From the IMG/VR virus record IMGVR_UViG_3300022936_000008: DNA of 64,000 nucleotides; one strand, written 5' to 3'. The DNA comes from an uncultured virus (IMG/VR IMGVR_UViG_3300022936_000008). Taxonomy: Duplodnaviria; Heunggongvirae; Uroviricota; Caudoviricetes. Numbering within the stretch: position 1 is the first letter of the stretch; every line of letters begins with the position of its first letter. The notes under the pieces are model-generated. The model was not told the DNA's origin and made no database searches. It worked only from the letters and a program-made list of their open reading frames with translations. Shown piece by piece: positions 51,790 through 61,900 of the stretch. The translations under genes were made by a program, and so were the position numbers.

Positions 51790-54538
51790 AAATTTGTGTC
51801 AATTTATTAAGTACAAAATTTGTTGAGTTTGGTGTGGATTTTTCTGCCAAAACAGATTGTAAAAGCGAATTTACATATAACTGAGGAGTAAACCTAATCT
51901 TATCGTAAACAGATTGAATATTTGTGTCGTTTATTGGTGTCCTGTCTTCATATATCAACGTTTCATCATCACCTATTTTTCTTATGATTTGAGGAAATAC
52001 TCCATAAGGTGTTTTATTTAATTTTACTACGATGTTTGGGTCTTCTATTACACTTCTTATAATTATTCCTGTTTGTGTTGGTGCATCCAAGCTTCCTGTC
52101 ACTTTAGAAAACTGAGGGTTTTTAAACATTAAATCTAAAGCCCCCTCTTTGGTTGTTGATTCTGCTGCTCTAATATCCCCGGCTAAAACATTGTTAGCTA
52201 AATCAAGTATTCTACGATTATCATTAAAACTGCCATATTTAACGTTGCTTTCAATGTTTGGAATATTTTTGGTGTTTAAAGTGGCTTTTTTATTTTGCAA
52301 ATCTATTTGATTTCTAAGACTTTGAGGTAAATCTTCAATACGTTCATCCGCTATTCTTGTATTATCAATAATCTGGCCTTTACTAGTAGATTCTTTAAGC
52401 TGAGAGATTCTAACCATATTTGGTTGGTTGGGTATCATATTTATAACCAAACTGTTACTATCAGCTACATCAAATTTATCTCCCACAAATGTTGACAAAT
52501 CTGTAAAAGCTTTTGTTTTTGGCGGGATTAAAACTGTTTTGTTAATTGCTAGTGTTTCGTCTTGAGCAAGTTTCTCACCGACATCTTTTCTTATTTGTGC
52601 GGAAGAATTTATAAAGCTGTCAACTTCGGGAATATCGTCAAATGAATCGTCCGCTGATAATATTCCAGCCCTGTTAAACCCCCCTTGCTTTCTGTGAAGC
52701 TCTAAATATTTAGCTGTCTTTGAGTTTGGATTTAAGGTATTAGTTGTGAAATTTGAGACTCCTGCGTATCCTCCATAATTTCTTGATGGTACTTGTTGTA
52801 TTGCTATTTCTGCATAATTTTCACCAAGTGATTGGGCTAAATTTCTAATATATTCTGTATTTCCGGGGTTGGATACTGCTTTATCAGCATAAATTGAATT
52901 CTGTAAAGCTGTCATTAACTTTGGTGTTTCTTTTAGACTTCTAACCTTTTTTCCATTAGTATCCACTATACCATTTACTTTCAGTACCTCAGATGCCGGA
53001 AATAATCTCTCTCTGCCATCAGAACCCGTCCATGCTATTTTAATGTTTGGGTTTGAATAAAGTCTTTGTACTAGTGCATCGGAATCTAGCACTTGTTTTG
53101 TAGCATCTGTAGCTTCTTTAACCAAGGTATTAAATTTGTCTTTTTCGGTGGTTTGTAGAAGCCTTAAATCATCAAGTCTTTTTGCCTGTTCTACGCTAAC
53201 GATGTTACTTGAATTTTTACCTAGTGTAATTAAAGCATCTGCTCTTGTTCCGCCATTTTTTTGAACTTCATCATCAATAACTTTGCGAGTCGTTGGGTCT
53301 AAAGTATCATAAATATTTTGTGTTTCTGACTCTAATTTTTGGTCAAGGCCTGCTACATATTGTTGCTGTTTGTCATATAAATCAGCCTGTCCTTGTGGGA
53401 ATTCTTGCGGTGTTATTTTAGTTTGTATCCCTGCACTATCTGTTTGTTTTTTATCCGCCCGGTCTAAAGCATCTTTATTTACTTTATACTCATAATTAAC
53501 CCTATTCCAATAATTAGAATTTACAGATTGGCTTTCAAACACGTTATCGAATGCAAAAATCTTTGAGAAATTCCCAATTGTTCTATTGGTGTACATTGTT
53601 GTGTACATTGCTGATTTATTACCTGATGCAATTACATCATCAAACTGTTTTGATTGAGTGCTTTTTTGATTTTTAAATGCTTCGAGACTTTGTTTATATT
53701 CGGTGTTTTCAGGCTCATTCTTAAGCAGTGTTGTGTACTTGTCTATGTTGTCATTAACTGTTTTTAATGCTTCGTCTCTGTAGTTTGTAAATGCTGTTGT
53801 TACCCTGTTTAATTTTTCTTCCGGTGTATTTCCTTGGTCGTAGGTTGCCCACCCATCAATTTGAAGTTGCTTTTTTGCACCGTCTGTTAGTAAACTACTA
53901 GTTATGTTATACAGCTTATCTTCGGATAATGATTTGCCCTCTCTGGTAATAAAATATTCAGAACCATCTGGTCTTGTTTGTTTTATTACATCTGCATATT
54001 TGTCAAGGTTTTCAGAGATATCCTTTAATTCTTTTTGAGCATCCGTGAAATTTGTATAAGAGAGGTTTTGAAGTTTATTGGTGTTTCCTTTCATATACTC
54101 AGAAAATCCTGCTTGATCTAAGGCATATCCATAATTGGTTTCCGAATATAGTTCTGGTTTTTTCTCTTTTAGTTTTTCAACGCTGGAATTAAAGTTTTGA
54201 AACTTTTGTGTGTTTTCTATGGCATTTAATACAATTGGATCGGCTGCTATTGTTTTAAGTTTGCTTGTGAAGTCTGTGGCAACACTATTTTTAGACAAAT
54301 CTCTATTACCTGAGCTGTTGATTTGATTTGTAACTTCTGTGAGTTTATTTGATAAATACTCTTTATCTTGATCTCGTAAAAGATTAGTAGCCCCAAATTG
54401 GTCTAACGTAGATTGTATTTGTGCGTAGTTTTTATTGTAAGCCCCTTGTTTAACTTCTAGCACTTTCGCTACAAGAGGTAAGTTTACATTGCTTACTATT
54501 GGACTATAATTTACGGGTTGACTGAGATAACTGCTCAT
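51779..54538 (-). CDS. Virion cargo protein (919 aa)
   Basis: Position in the structural block; no Cys seen; helical. Confidence 0.65.
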   Translation of the reverse strand: MSSYLSQPVNYSPIVSNVNLPLVAKVLEVKQGAYNKNYAQIQSTLDQFGATNLLRDQDKEYLSNKLTEVTNQINSSGNRDLSKNSVATDFTSKLKTIAADPIVLNAIENTQKFQNFNSSVEKLKEKKPELYSETNYGYALDQAGFSEYMKGNTNKLQNLSYTNFTDAQKELKDISENLDKYADVIKQTRPDGSEYFITREGKSLSEDKLYNITSSLLTDGAKKQLQIDGWATYDQGNTPEEKLNRVTTAFTNYRDEALKTVNDNIDKYTTLLKNEPENTEYKQSLEAFKNQKSTQSKQFDDVIASGNKSAMYTTMYTNRTIGNFSKIFAFDNVFESQSVNSNYWNRVNYEYKVNKDALDRADKKQTDSAGIQTKITPQEFPQGQADLYDKQQQYVAGLDQKLESETQNIYDTLDPTTRKVIDDEVQKNGGTRADALITLGKNSSNIVSVEQAKRLDDLRLLQTTEKDKFNTLVKEATDATKQVLDSDALVQRLYSNPNIKIAWTGSDGRERLFPASEVLKVNGIVDTNGKKVRSLKETPKLMTALQNSIYADKAVSNPGNTEYIRNLAQSLGENYAEIAIQQVPSRNYGGYAGVSNFTTNTLNPNSKTAKYLELHRKQGGFNRAGILSADDSFDDIPEVDSFINSSAQIRKDVGEKLAQDETLAINKTVLIPPKTKAFTDLSTFVGDKFDVADSNSLVINMIPNQPNMVRISQLKESTSKGQIIDNTRIADERIEDLPQSLRNQIDLQNKKATLNTKNIPNIESNVKYGSFNDNRRILDLANNVLAGDIRAAESTTKEGALDLMFKNPQFSKVTGSLDAPTQTGIIIRSVIEDPNIVVKLNKTPYGVFPQIIRKIGDDETLIYEDRTPINDTNIQSVYDKIRFTPQLYVNSLLQSVLAEKSTPNSTNFVLNKLTQIYGQ

Positions 54539-54551
54539 ATATGTATTTTAA

Positions 54552-54584
54552 ATAAAAAAGCCCCAATTTACTTATATTGAGGCT
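54552..54584 (-). terminator. Intrinsic terminator/attenuator between cargo genes
   Basis: Minus strand AGCCTCAAT...ATTGGGGCT followed by a T-run. Confidence 0.7.
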
Positions 54585-54614
54585 GTAAAAATAGTTGTTT
54601 ATTGCTTATTAAAA

Positions 54615-54636
54615 AAATTGGTAAAATTTATTCTAA
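54615..54636 (-). repeat. 22-bp element, copy 2 (inverted)
   Basis: Reverse complement of 4371-4392. Confidence 0.8.
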
Positions 54637-54642
54637 TCTATA

Positions 54643-57504
54643 CTATCCCTCAATTCCATTTTTCTTTAAATATGCTTTCTTCCCTGCTGCATTTAAACTG
54701 TTATACGTTTTCCAAAAATCAGAGGGTAACGCTTGTCTATTGGTTTGAAAGTTTAGTGGTTGGTTGTTAAACCTTACATTACTTCCATCTGTTTGATAGT
54801 TTGGATAGACTTGGTTCAAAAGGTTTAAGTTATTAACGTCTTGCCAATTTTGCCTGTTCTGCATTGAATTTTGCATAAAATAGTTATTCACATCTCTTTC
54901 TGTATTAGCCTTGCCTTGTAAAATCCTTTGCTCGTAATTAAGTGCTTGACCTAAATTAAAGATTTCTTCTTTGGCCGCTGTATTTAAATTCGCCTCTTGA
55001 ACTTTCTGAGCATTGGTTGCATTTGCCGCTTCCACTGCTGAAATAGCCTGATTTGCCCCTTGTTGAGATGCAAGTAATGTTCCAAAATTATTCGCCACTG
55101 CTTCACTACCTGTAAGTGTGTTATTCATTTGTGTTGCAGCCTGACGCTGTGCTTCCAAAGCTACTAAGTTTGGCTCTGCTGAAATTTTCACAGGGTCTAA
55201 TTGTCCAAGGTCTATTGAGCCTTTATAGACAGGTTGTTCGGGAGTTGGTAGTGGAATATAGTTTTCAGGAAATAGTGGCAATACAGTTCTATTTCTATCC
55301 ACATTGACAGTTTGGTTTGTCTGTTGTGTCGGATTTGTTGTTTCTGTTGCGGATATATCTGAAATTCCAATATCAAGTGCGTTTTTACCTTGTTTTTTAT
55401 AAACTTCTTGTATTGCTGTTTTTGTTGCGGGATTTAGGTCGGAATAGTCCGCTTTAATATTTCCTTTTTCATCTACAACATCGCCAATCCTTTTTATCTG
55501 TGAATATTTTACACGGTCTTCTGGAGTTAAATAGGGAAGTGTGAATGCTGAACGACTTGAAGTTTCTTCTCCATAGACAGCATCATAATTTCCTTTTTTC
55601 TTACTTAAAGCTAATGATTGTGCTTTTGCTATTTTTTTATACTCTGTTTTTTGCTCTGGCGATAAGTTTGGATTTAAGTCTATTGCGTCTAAAGTTGCTC
55701 CAACATATTGGTCATACCCTTGTTGAAAATTACTCACATTATTAAGAGCAATGTTTCCCGAAGCATCTAACAAACCTGACTGTCTTACCAAAAAAGGTAG
55801 GTTTTGATTTTGTGCATTTGCACGAGTCATAATTCCTTGGTAATCTCCTATGTTTCCTGACGCAGAGGTAAGTCCTTCAATAAAAGGCTGGTCTGTATAG
55901 TTTGCTTGAGCATATTGACTAGGTGTGAAAAATTGTCCGCCTTGCTGCGCCATTTGAGGTTGTCCTTGCTCTAAAGCTGTCATCATTTGTGATATAGCTG
56001 CTTGTTGTTGCTCAGGTACTAATTTTTGCAACTCCTGAATCAACACTTGTGGGTCTTGTTGTACTAATTGAGCGTAGGCTTGAATGATTTGGTCTGCTGT
56101 TGGTTGTGCTATACTCCCACCTTCTTGGAGAATTTCTCCGGGTGCTGTTTCTTTTTTGGGAATTTTTTCTTGCTCTGTAAAAATTTGTTCAAATATTGCT
56201 GATTGTGCTTCTTCTAGTGGCTGTTTTTTAGCTTGTAACTCCTCTAATTTGCCCGACAAAAATTGCATGTTCAAATCTTGCGTAGTTTCATCTGAACCTG
56301 ATTTAACTTGCTTTTCAACTTGTAGAATTAATTCTTTTTCTTGTTCTATGAGTTTTTTTAGTCCAATTTTACTGTTAACTTTGTCTAGTACATCTGCAAA
56401 TGTGTGTGTGGCTTTAATTTCAATGTCAAAATCTTTTCTGAATTGTTTTGCATTTTCTGCTCCGATTTTTGTGTAATCAGAAAGTACCTTTGAACCATCT
56501 GCTAAATCTACATCAATTCCACCTTGTTTGTGCGTGTTACCAACAGCTTTTTGAACTGCTCCTGTATCTCCGTGCTTAACCGCTTCATTTTTTTCAATGT
56601 TTACGTTTCCTTGTCCCTCATCTGCAATGAAGTTTCCTGTTAACATATCCGCATTTGTGACTTGTCCTCCTTGTTGTAAGAAAGCTTTTAAGTCACCTCC
56701 TTGTTGAAAGTACTGAGGTCTGTCATTAGCTTCTCTCATTTTTCGTTTATATTCTTCCTCTACATAGTTATTAACTTTTTCATTTCCCACACCCGATAAA
56801 ATATTACGTCCAAGTCCTAAAGTTAGTTTAACTGCTGCACCTGCTGTTTGTAGTGGGTTTTTGTTTTGAATGCCCGCCCCTAATGAGTATGCTGCCGATG
56901 GTATATCCATTCCACCATAGGGGTTGAACAAATTAAAATTGTCATTGTAATTAACTTGTGTATTATCTGTTGGGGTGTTTTGCTGTTCTTCTAATTGATT
57001 AATGCCATATTGTGCTGATTGGTTTAAATCAGGTAAGAGTTGCGTTGCGCCTTGTGGCTGTAGATTACTAACAGGTATTAGTTGAGGGCGTTGCTGATTT
57101 GAGTTCATATAAGTATTTTCCATCCCTTGTGTTTCTTCCGGCGTTAACGTACCATTCAATGGGTTTCCATAAAGAGGATTTTGTACCCCCGGATTTTGCA
57201 TAAAAAATGGATTTACATTGTCATAGTAATTTCCACCCTGTTGCATGGAAGCCTGCGCATTTTCATTGTAAATACGAAAATTATTCATACGCTGCAAATC
57301 CTTATAACCATCTGGTGTCACATATTCGTAATCTTGATTTTCTATCTTGGCCTGATTCGGGTCAACATAGAAAACTTTAAAATAGTCGCCCGGTGGTAAT
57401 TGATTATTATCCTTATATTCAGAAGTTGCAACTTTTTGAATATGTTTAATAGGTTTTTGCGGTGCAGTTCCTCCTTGTTGTAAGAATTTTTTTAGTGGGT
57501 GCAT
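54643..57504 (-). CDS. Gln-rich virion cargo protein (953 aa) with repeated xQ[QE]GG motifs
   Basis: NVNIEKNE...GNTHKQGGIDV...KVLSD resembles a crAss-like cargo domain; six xQ[QE]GG motifs. Confidence 0.65.
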   Translation of the reverse strand: MHPLKKFLQQGGTAPQKPIKHIQKVATSEYKDNNQLPPGDYFKVFYVDPNQAKIENQDYEYVTPDGYKDLQRMNNFRIYNENAQASMQQGGNYYDNVNPFFMQNPGVQNPLYGNPLNGTLTPEETQGMENTYMNSNQQRPQLIPVSNLQPQGATQLLPDLNQSAQYGINQLEEQQNTPTDNTQVNYNDNFNLFNPYGGMDIPSAAYSLGAGIQNKNPLQTAGAAVKLTLGLGRNILSGVGNEKVNNYVEEEYKRKMREANDRPQYFQQGGDLKAFLQQGGQVTNADMLTGNFIADEGQGNVNIEKNEAVKHGDTGAVQKAVGNTHKQGGIDVDLADGSKVLSDYTKIGAENAKQFRKDFDIEIKATHTFADVLDKVNSKIGLKKLIEQEKELILQVEKQVKSGSDETTQDLNMQFLSGKLEELQAKKQPLEEAQSAIFEQIFTEQEKIPKKETAPGEILQEGGSIAQPTADQIIQAYAQLVQQDPQVLIQELQKLVPEQQQAAISQMMTALEQGQPQMAQQGGQFFTPSQYAQANYTDQPFIEGLTSASGNIGDYQGIMTRANAQNQNLPFLVRQSGLLDASGNIALNNVSNFQQGYDQYVGATLDAIDLNPNLSPEQKTEYKKIAKAQSLALSKKKGNYDAVYGEETSSRSAFTLPYLTPEDRVKYSQIKRIGDVVDEKGNIKADYSDLNPATKTAIQEVYKKQGKNALDIGISDISATETTNPTQQTNQTVNVDRNRTVLPLFPENYIPLPTPEQPVYKGSIDLGQLDPVKISAEPNLVALEAQRQAATQMNNTLTGSEAVANNFGTLLASQQGANQAISAVEAANATNAQKVQEANLNTAAKEEIFNLGQALNYEQRILQGKANTERDVNNYFMQNSMQNRQNWQDVNNLNLLNQVYPNYQTDGSNVRFNNQPLNFQTNRQALPSDFWKTYNSLNAAGKKAYLKKNGIEG

Positions 57505-57506
57505 AT

Positions 57507-58973
57507 TTATTGGTTTAGTGGAATTTCATAAACTGATTCTCCCTTGAAATTATAATTTTTATTTGGTTTCATTATTTGAACGTGACCTGTATTTGAAATT
57601 CCTAAAATATTCATATTTAAAGGTTTTCCTGTTATTGGGTCAGGGAATGTTGTGATTTGTGTTGATGGTATGATTACAGGAGCATTTGGATTGTCCCATA
57701 ACCCTCTTGGATTTATTTCTCCGCCTTTTTGGTATCTCGGAGTGATTGTTTGCTGGCGATTTTGATCTGTATTTATGTTACTTGTATTTTGAACTTGGTA
57801 ATCTGTTGTACTGTTTCCATGAGCCTCGTGTACATCGTAATATTTTGGGGCAATGTAATTTGGAATAAATTCATTAATTATTTCCGGTGATAATTCTGTT
57901 GAAGTGGTGTTTATTCCTTGTGGTGTTAGGAAATTTTGAAGGGGTGTTTGATTTACCCTTGTTGTACCATTTGGTTTCTTATAAACTGGATTAAAAGTGT
58001 CTGAATTAGTGTGACCGATGGGCATTATGTTTCCGCTATTGCCAAAATTGACAGCTATTTCTTTTTGTTCTTGTTTGTTTTTAAATGGTATAATTTTGTT
58101 ATTAAGGATACCTCTTGAATTATAATCTTTCGGAGAGATATAAAATTTATTGTATAATCTTAAACTGTCTTGATATGTACCTCCTTGCTGTAAAACTGAT
58201 GGGCTGTCGACAAACTGCGAAATTTGTGCAAACTCTCCAATTAAATCCTGCTGTGGTAGTTGCTCTTCGGTTATTTGTTGGGGTTGCTGAACAGATTGTT
58301 GTAAGTTATATTTTCCTGCCTGATAATCTACTAAAAAACTCTGTTCAACTTCTTTTTGTGAAATCTCTTGTTTTGCTTGCTCTACTTCTTTAGGCTCTTC
58401 AACTGTTTCTTCTTCGGCTAAATTACTACTTTCTTGAGGTGTTTGCAAATTGGTTAAAGTGTTTCTAACCATATTGCCTGTTTGGGCTATCTCCTGTTGT
58501 GTGTCTTTTATTTCATAATTATAATTCGGATCAATGTTGTTTTTATAGACATTTATTGCGGCTTGTTGTCTATTTACATCCTCGTAGAATTTTTTCTTCG
58601 GTCTTTCATATAAATCAGAAATAACTTGGGAGGCTGCTATAGGATGACTCACTTTTCTTAGCGCATCTCCAGCTTTTCTTTCTGTGTTATTTAATTCCCA
58701 ATTTACAAAAGCCAATTGGTTTTCATAATTTTTCCAAGTTTCTCCCGGATATTGTTTCTTCAAATTTTCAAATCTACTTCCTCTAAACTGCCCAATACCG
58801 TATGCTTTATCTTTAAGATTTTTATCCCCTACTGCCTCTGTATTAAGATTAGACTCGTGTACAAGATTACTAACTATACCGCTAGATTGTTCAGGTGTCC
58901 ACCCTTGAGAAACAAAATAATTAATACCTTGTCTTTCTTTATCTCGTTGGTCTTTTTTATCTTTTAGAAGCAT
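57507..58973 (-). CDS. Virion protein with N-terminal phage tail lysozyme (Phage_lysozyme2-like) domain
   Basis: GWTPEQSSGIVSNLVHESNLN...AYGIGQFRGSR...QLAFVNWEL...YERP. Confidence 0.8.
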   Translation of the reverse strand: MLLKDKKDQRDKERQGINYFVSQGWTPEQSSGIVSNLVHESNLNTEAVGDKNLKDKAYGIGQFRGSRFENLKKQYPGETWKNYENQLAFVNWELNNTERKAGDALRKVSHPIAASQVISDLYERPKKKFYEDVNRQQAAINVYKNNIDPNYNYEIKDTQQEIAQTGNMVRNTLTNLQTPQESSNLAEEETVEEPKEVEQAKQEISQKEVEQSFLVDYQAGKYNLQQSVQQPQQITEEQLPQQDLIGEFAQISQFVDSPSVLQQGGTYQDSLRLYNKFYISPKDYNSRGILNNKIIPFKNKQEQKEIAVNFGNSGNIMPIGHTNSDTFNPVYKKPNGTTRVNQTPLQNFLTPQGINTTSTELSPEIINEFIPNYIAPKYYDVHEAHGNSTTDYQVQNTSNINTDQNRQQTITPRYQKGGEINPRGLWDNPNAPVIIPSTQITTFPDPITGKPLNMNILGISNTGHVQIMKPNKNYNFKGESVYEIPLNQ

Positions 58974-58975
58974 TT

Positions 58976-61900
58976 TTAATAAATATCTGTTGTGGTTATT
59001 GCGTTTTTCAACGTGAATTGAAATTGAGAGGAATTGTCTTGTGTAAGTCTTATGGCAAAATAATTACCTCTTAATCTTTCCAAAACAGTTTTTGTATGTT
59101 TGAAATTTACAGCTATTGGGTTTATATTGCGGTTTATTCTATTTGTATCCCAAATATGTAAAGGCACTCTATTATTCTGATTTTGTGTACGATTATATAG
59201 ATAATTGAAATTATGCTTGTCATCCAAAGCTGTAAACAAAATTGTTTGTTCAGTTTTAGCTGTGTTTGTTTGCGGATAATTTGCTAACTCTGTAAGTGAT
59301 TTTTGTAACTTTAAGTTTACAAGACCTGAACTATTTGTTGCGTTGTGTACCTCCACCCTGTTAAATCCTAATCTAATATCGTTAGAGTAGTCCCAATCAG
59401 AGGTATATCTTCTTGCTTCTACTTCTAGTGAAATATTTGAAAGCATTTTATTCACTCCCTCATTCTTAACAGGTATTTCGACCGTAAATGGGAACTTCTC
59501 GCCGTAAAAAACTTGATATGAATTTCTTCTTAATAAGTGATTCCACAAGCTTTCTTTTTCTGTGCCGAAATTTTTACCTGTCTGGTAATATTCATTTTGA
59601 CCTATGTAATACTCTGGCTTAAATGAGTAATATGACAACCAAGAGGCATCTGTTACTTTGTAGGCAATTGTCCAACTTACATCTTCAAAGTACTCTGCAT
59701 CATCAAAATAAATCGCTACAGGTTCTTCTGCACAACTATCATAAAATCCAATTTCTTCATTATAGTCAAGACATTCTAAATTTTTAGCGATATAGTCTTT
59801 TTTTGTTATGAAAACCCTGTCAAAACGAGCATCCCACCCCATAGATATTCCAATTCCTTTGTACTTATTATCAATATCTACATTTGGAAACTGTTTTAGT
59901 AGTTTAAACGGTAAATGCTCTTTAAACCAATTTTTCATACCCGAGCTATCTTTTCCTATGAAATCTGAAATTGGTTGTAAATCTCTGCCTGTTTGGTCTA
60001 ATTGGAAAATTTTACCTCTTTGTGCATCCACTGTATAATGCCCATATGGTGTGCTAACCATATCGGTGTTTTGTGTACCCGCAAATCCTAAGTCAGTTGA
60101 TTTAAACTCTAAAGGTCTTTTTTGGAATATCCCTGCATTTCCAGTTTCAATGGTTATTTGGTTTTGCTGGTTTGACAAGGTGTCTATTGCATTAAATAAG
60201 ACCTGTTGATTTTCAAATCTTCCTAATATTGTAGCAGATTCTAAATCTTTTAAATGGATTAAATTACCATATTTTTTAGGAAATTCATATTTATCCAAGG
60301 CTCTGTATATTAACCAAGGATCAAAACTATCATTTTCTGAATTGTCTTGCAGTGAATATATTACATTGTTATTAGCTATTCTTTTTTTCTCCTCTATTTC
60401 AGAACTATAATTGTCCGGCCACAATCTTGTATCAAAAGTGGTTCGTGTTACAGGTCGAGAATATACATTATTATATTGAAATTTTTCAACTTCTGTTATA
60501 GATACGTTTTTTTCTTGAGTCCATTCGATAATATCTCCCACATTTGATGCGAAACTATCTTTTGGTTCTAAGCCTCCATATCTAAAATTAGTGTTTATTT
60601 CAGTTTCACACAAAATGTTAGGTATGCCGTAATAATAAAGATAGAATTTACTTGGGCTTCTAACATACATATCTCGCGTGCCTGCCTGACAATCAAAATT
60701 ATAGTCACTGTTAATATCAGGAAATACTAAACTTTCTACGCTAGACTCGCCACCTACTTCATAATCACACCAAAACAAAGGTGCTCCTATGTTAATATAT
60801 TGTCTATAATTAAACGGAGTCAAAGATGCTACTTGCATTGCGTCTTCTGAAAAAATAGGCATCTTTCTTTTTAATTCATAACGGGAAATAAAAATATCCC
60901 CGCCAAAAATGGAATTACAGGAAGTTTGAGGCTCTAATAGATTTCCTTTGTATCCTGTGAACAGCCAATTGATACTTCCTATTGTACCGTATTGTCCTGA
61001 AGTATAGTTTTTTAATTTTACATATGGAGAGGCGATGTTTTTCATTAATTCCTCCCCTTGTCCATCTGCACAGTTGCCTAGCTCACCTGCAAAAGACATA
61101 CTTGAAACAGAGGTGTCAATTTTATTATTATCGTAGTTTGCGTATTCATCTTCCCAAGTTAGTGGAAACTCTCTACCTAAAGATAGAAATACACTCCTCT
61201 CTCTTTTTTTATTGTTAATTGAAATTTTTTCTCCGTTAACTTCGTTTATTGTTTTGAAAGTACCTTCCCTTAAATTTTTACCTACATTAATACCTCTAAC
61301 TAGATTGTTTTCCTCTTGGATTGGTCTTAAGTAATTGTAAAATCCCTCAGATGTGTAATAGTATGCAAAATTTCTTGGACTTCCTAAGTTTCTGAATGTT
61401 TGTAGCCATTCATACCTATATCTGCCTATCCTAACAACTGTTGATAATGCTCCTGTAACTGCTGATATAATACCAAGAACAATACCTGCAACGTTAAAAA
61501 TAGCAGTTAGTCCAAATCCTAATTGAAAAGTTTCTGCTGAATTTGCTGTTTCTGCTGCTAATTCTGATGCGGCTTCTAATCCTGCAAGTCTTAATGCTAA
61601 ATCTTTTGATTTTGCACCTAGAATAACCCATCTCGGATGGTCTTTGACTTCTGCAAAATTACCTTTAGATCTGCCGAAAACATACCCTTCTACTTTTAAT
61701 TCAGATGGGATTACTATTTTTTCAAAGTCTGTCTCAGGCGAGTGAAAAGTAAAATTATGGTTGGATTCTCCATTGAAATCCAATTGGTTTAATTTATCAA
61801 CTCCTAAATCATTATAAGGGTAATTTGCATATAAAGTTTGTCCTGCTAACCTCATATCATAAAGATATCCACTTGCAATTACACTTTTATTGCCTATTCT

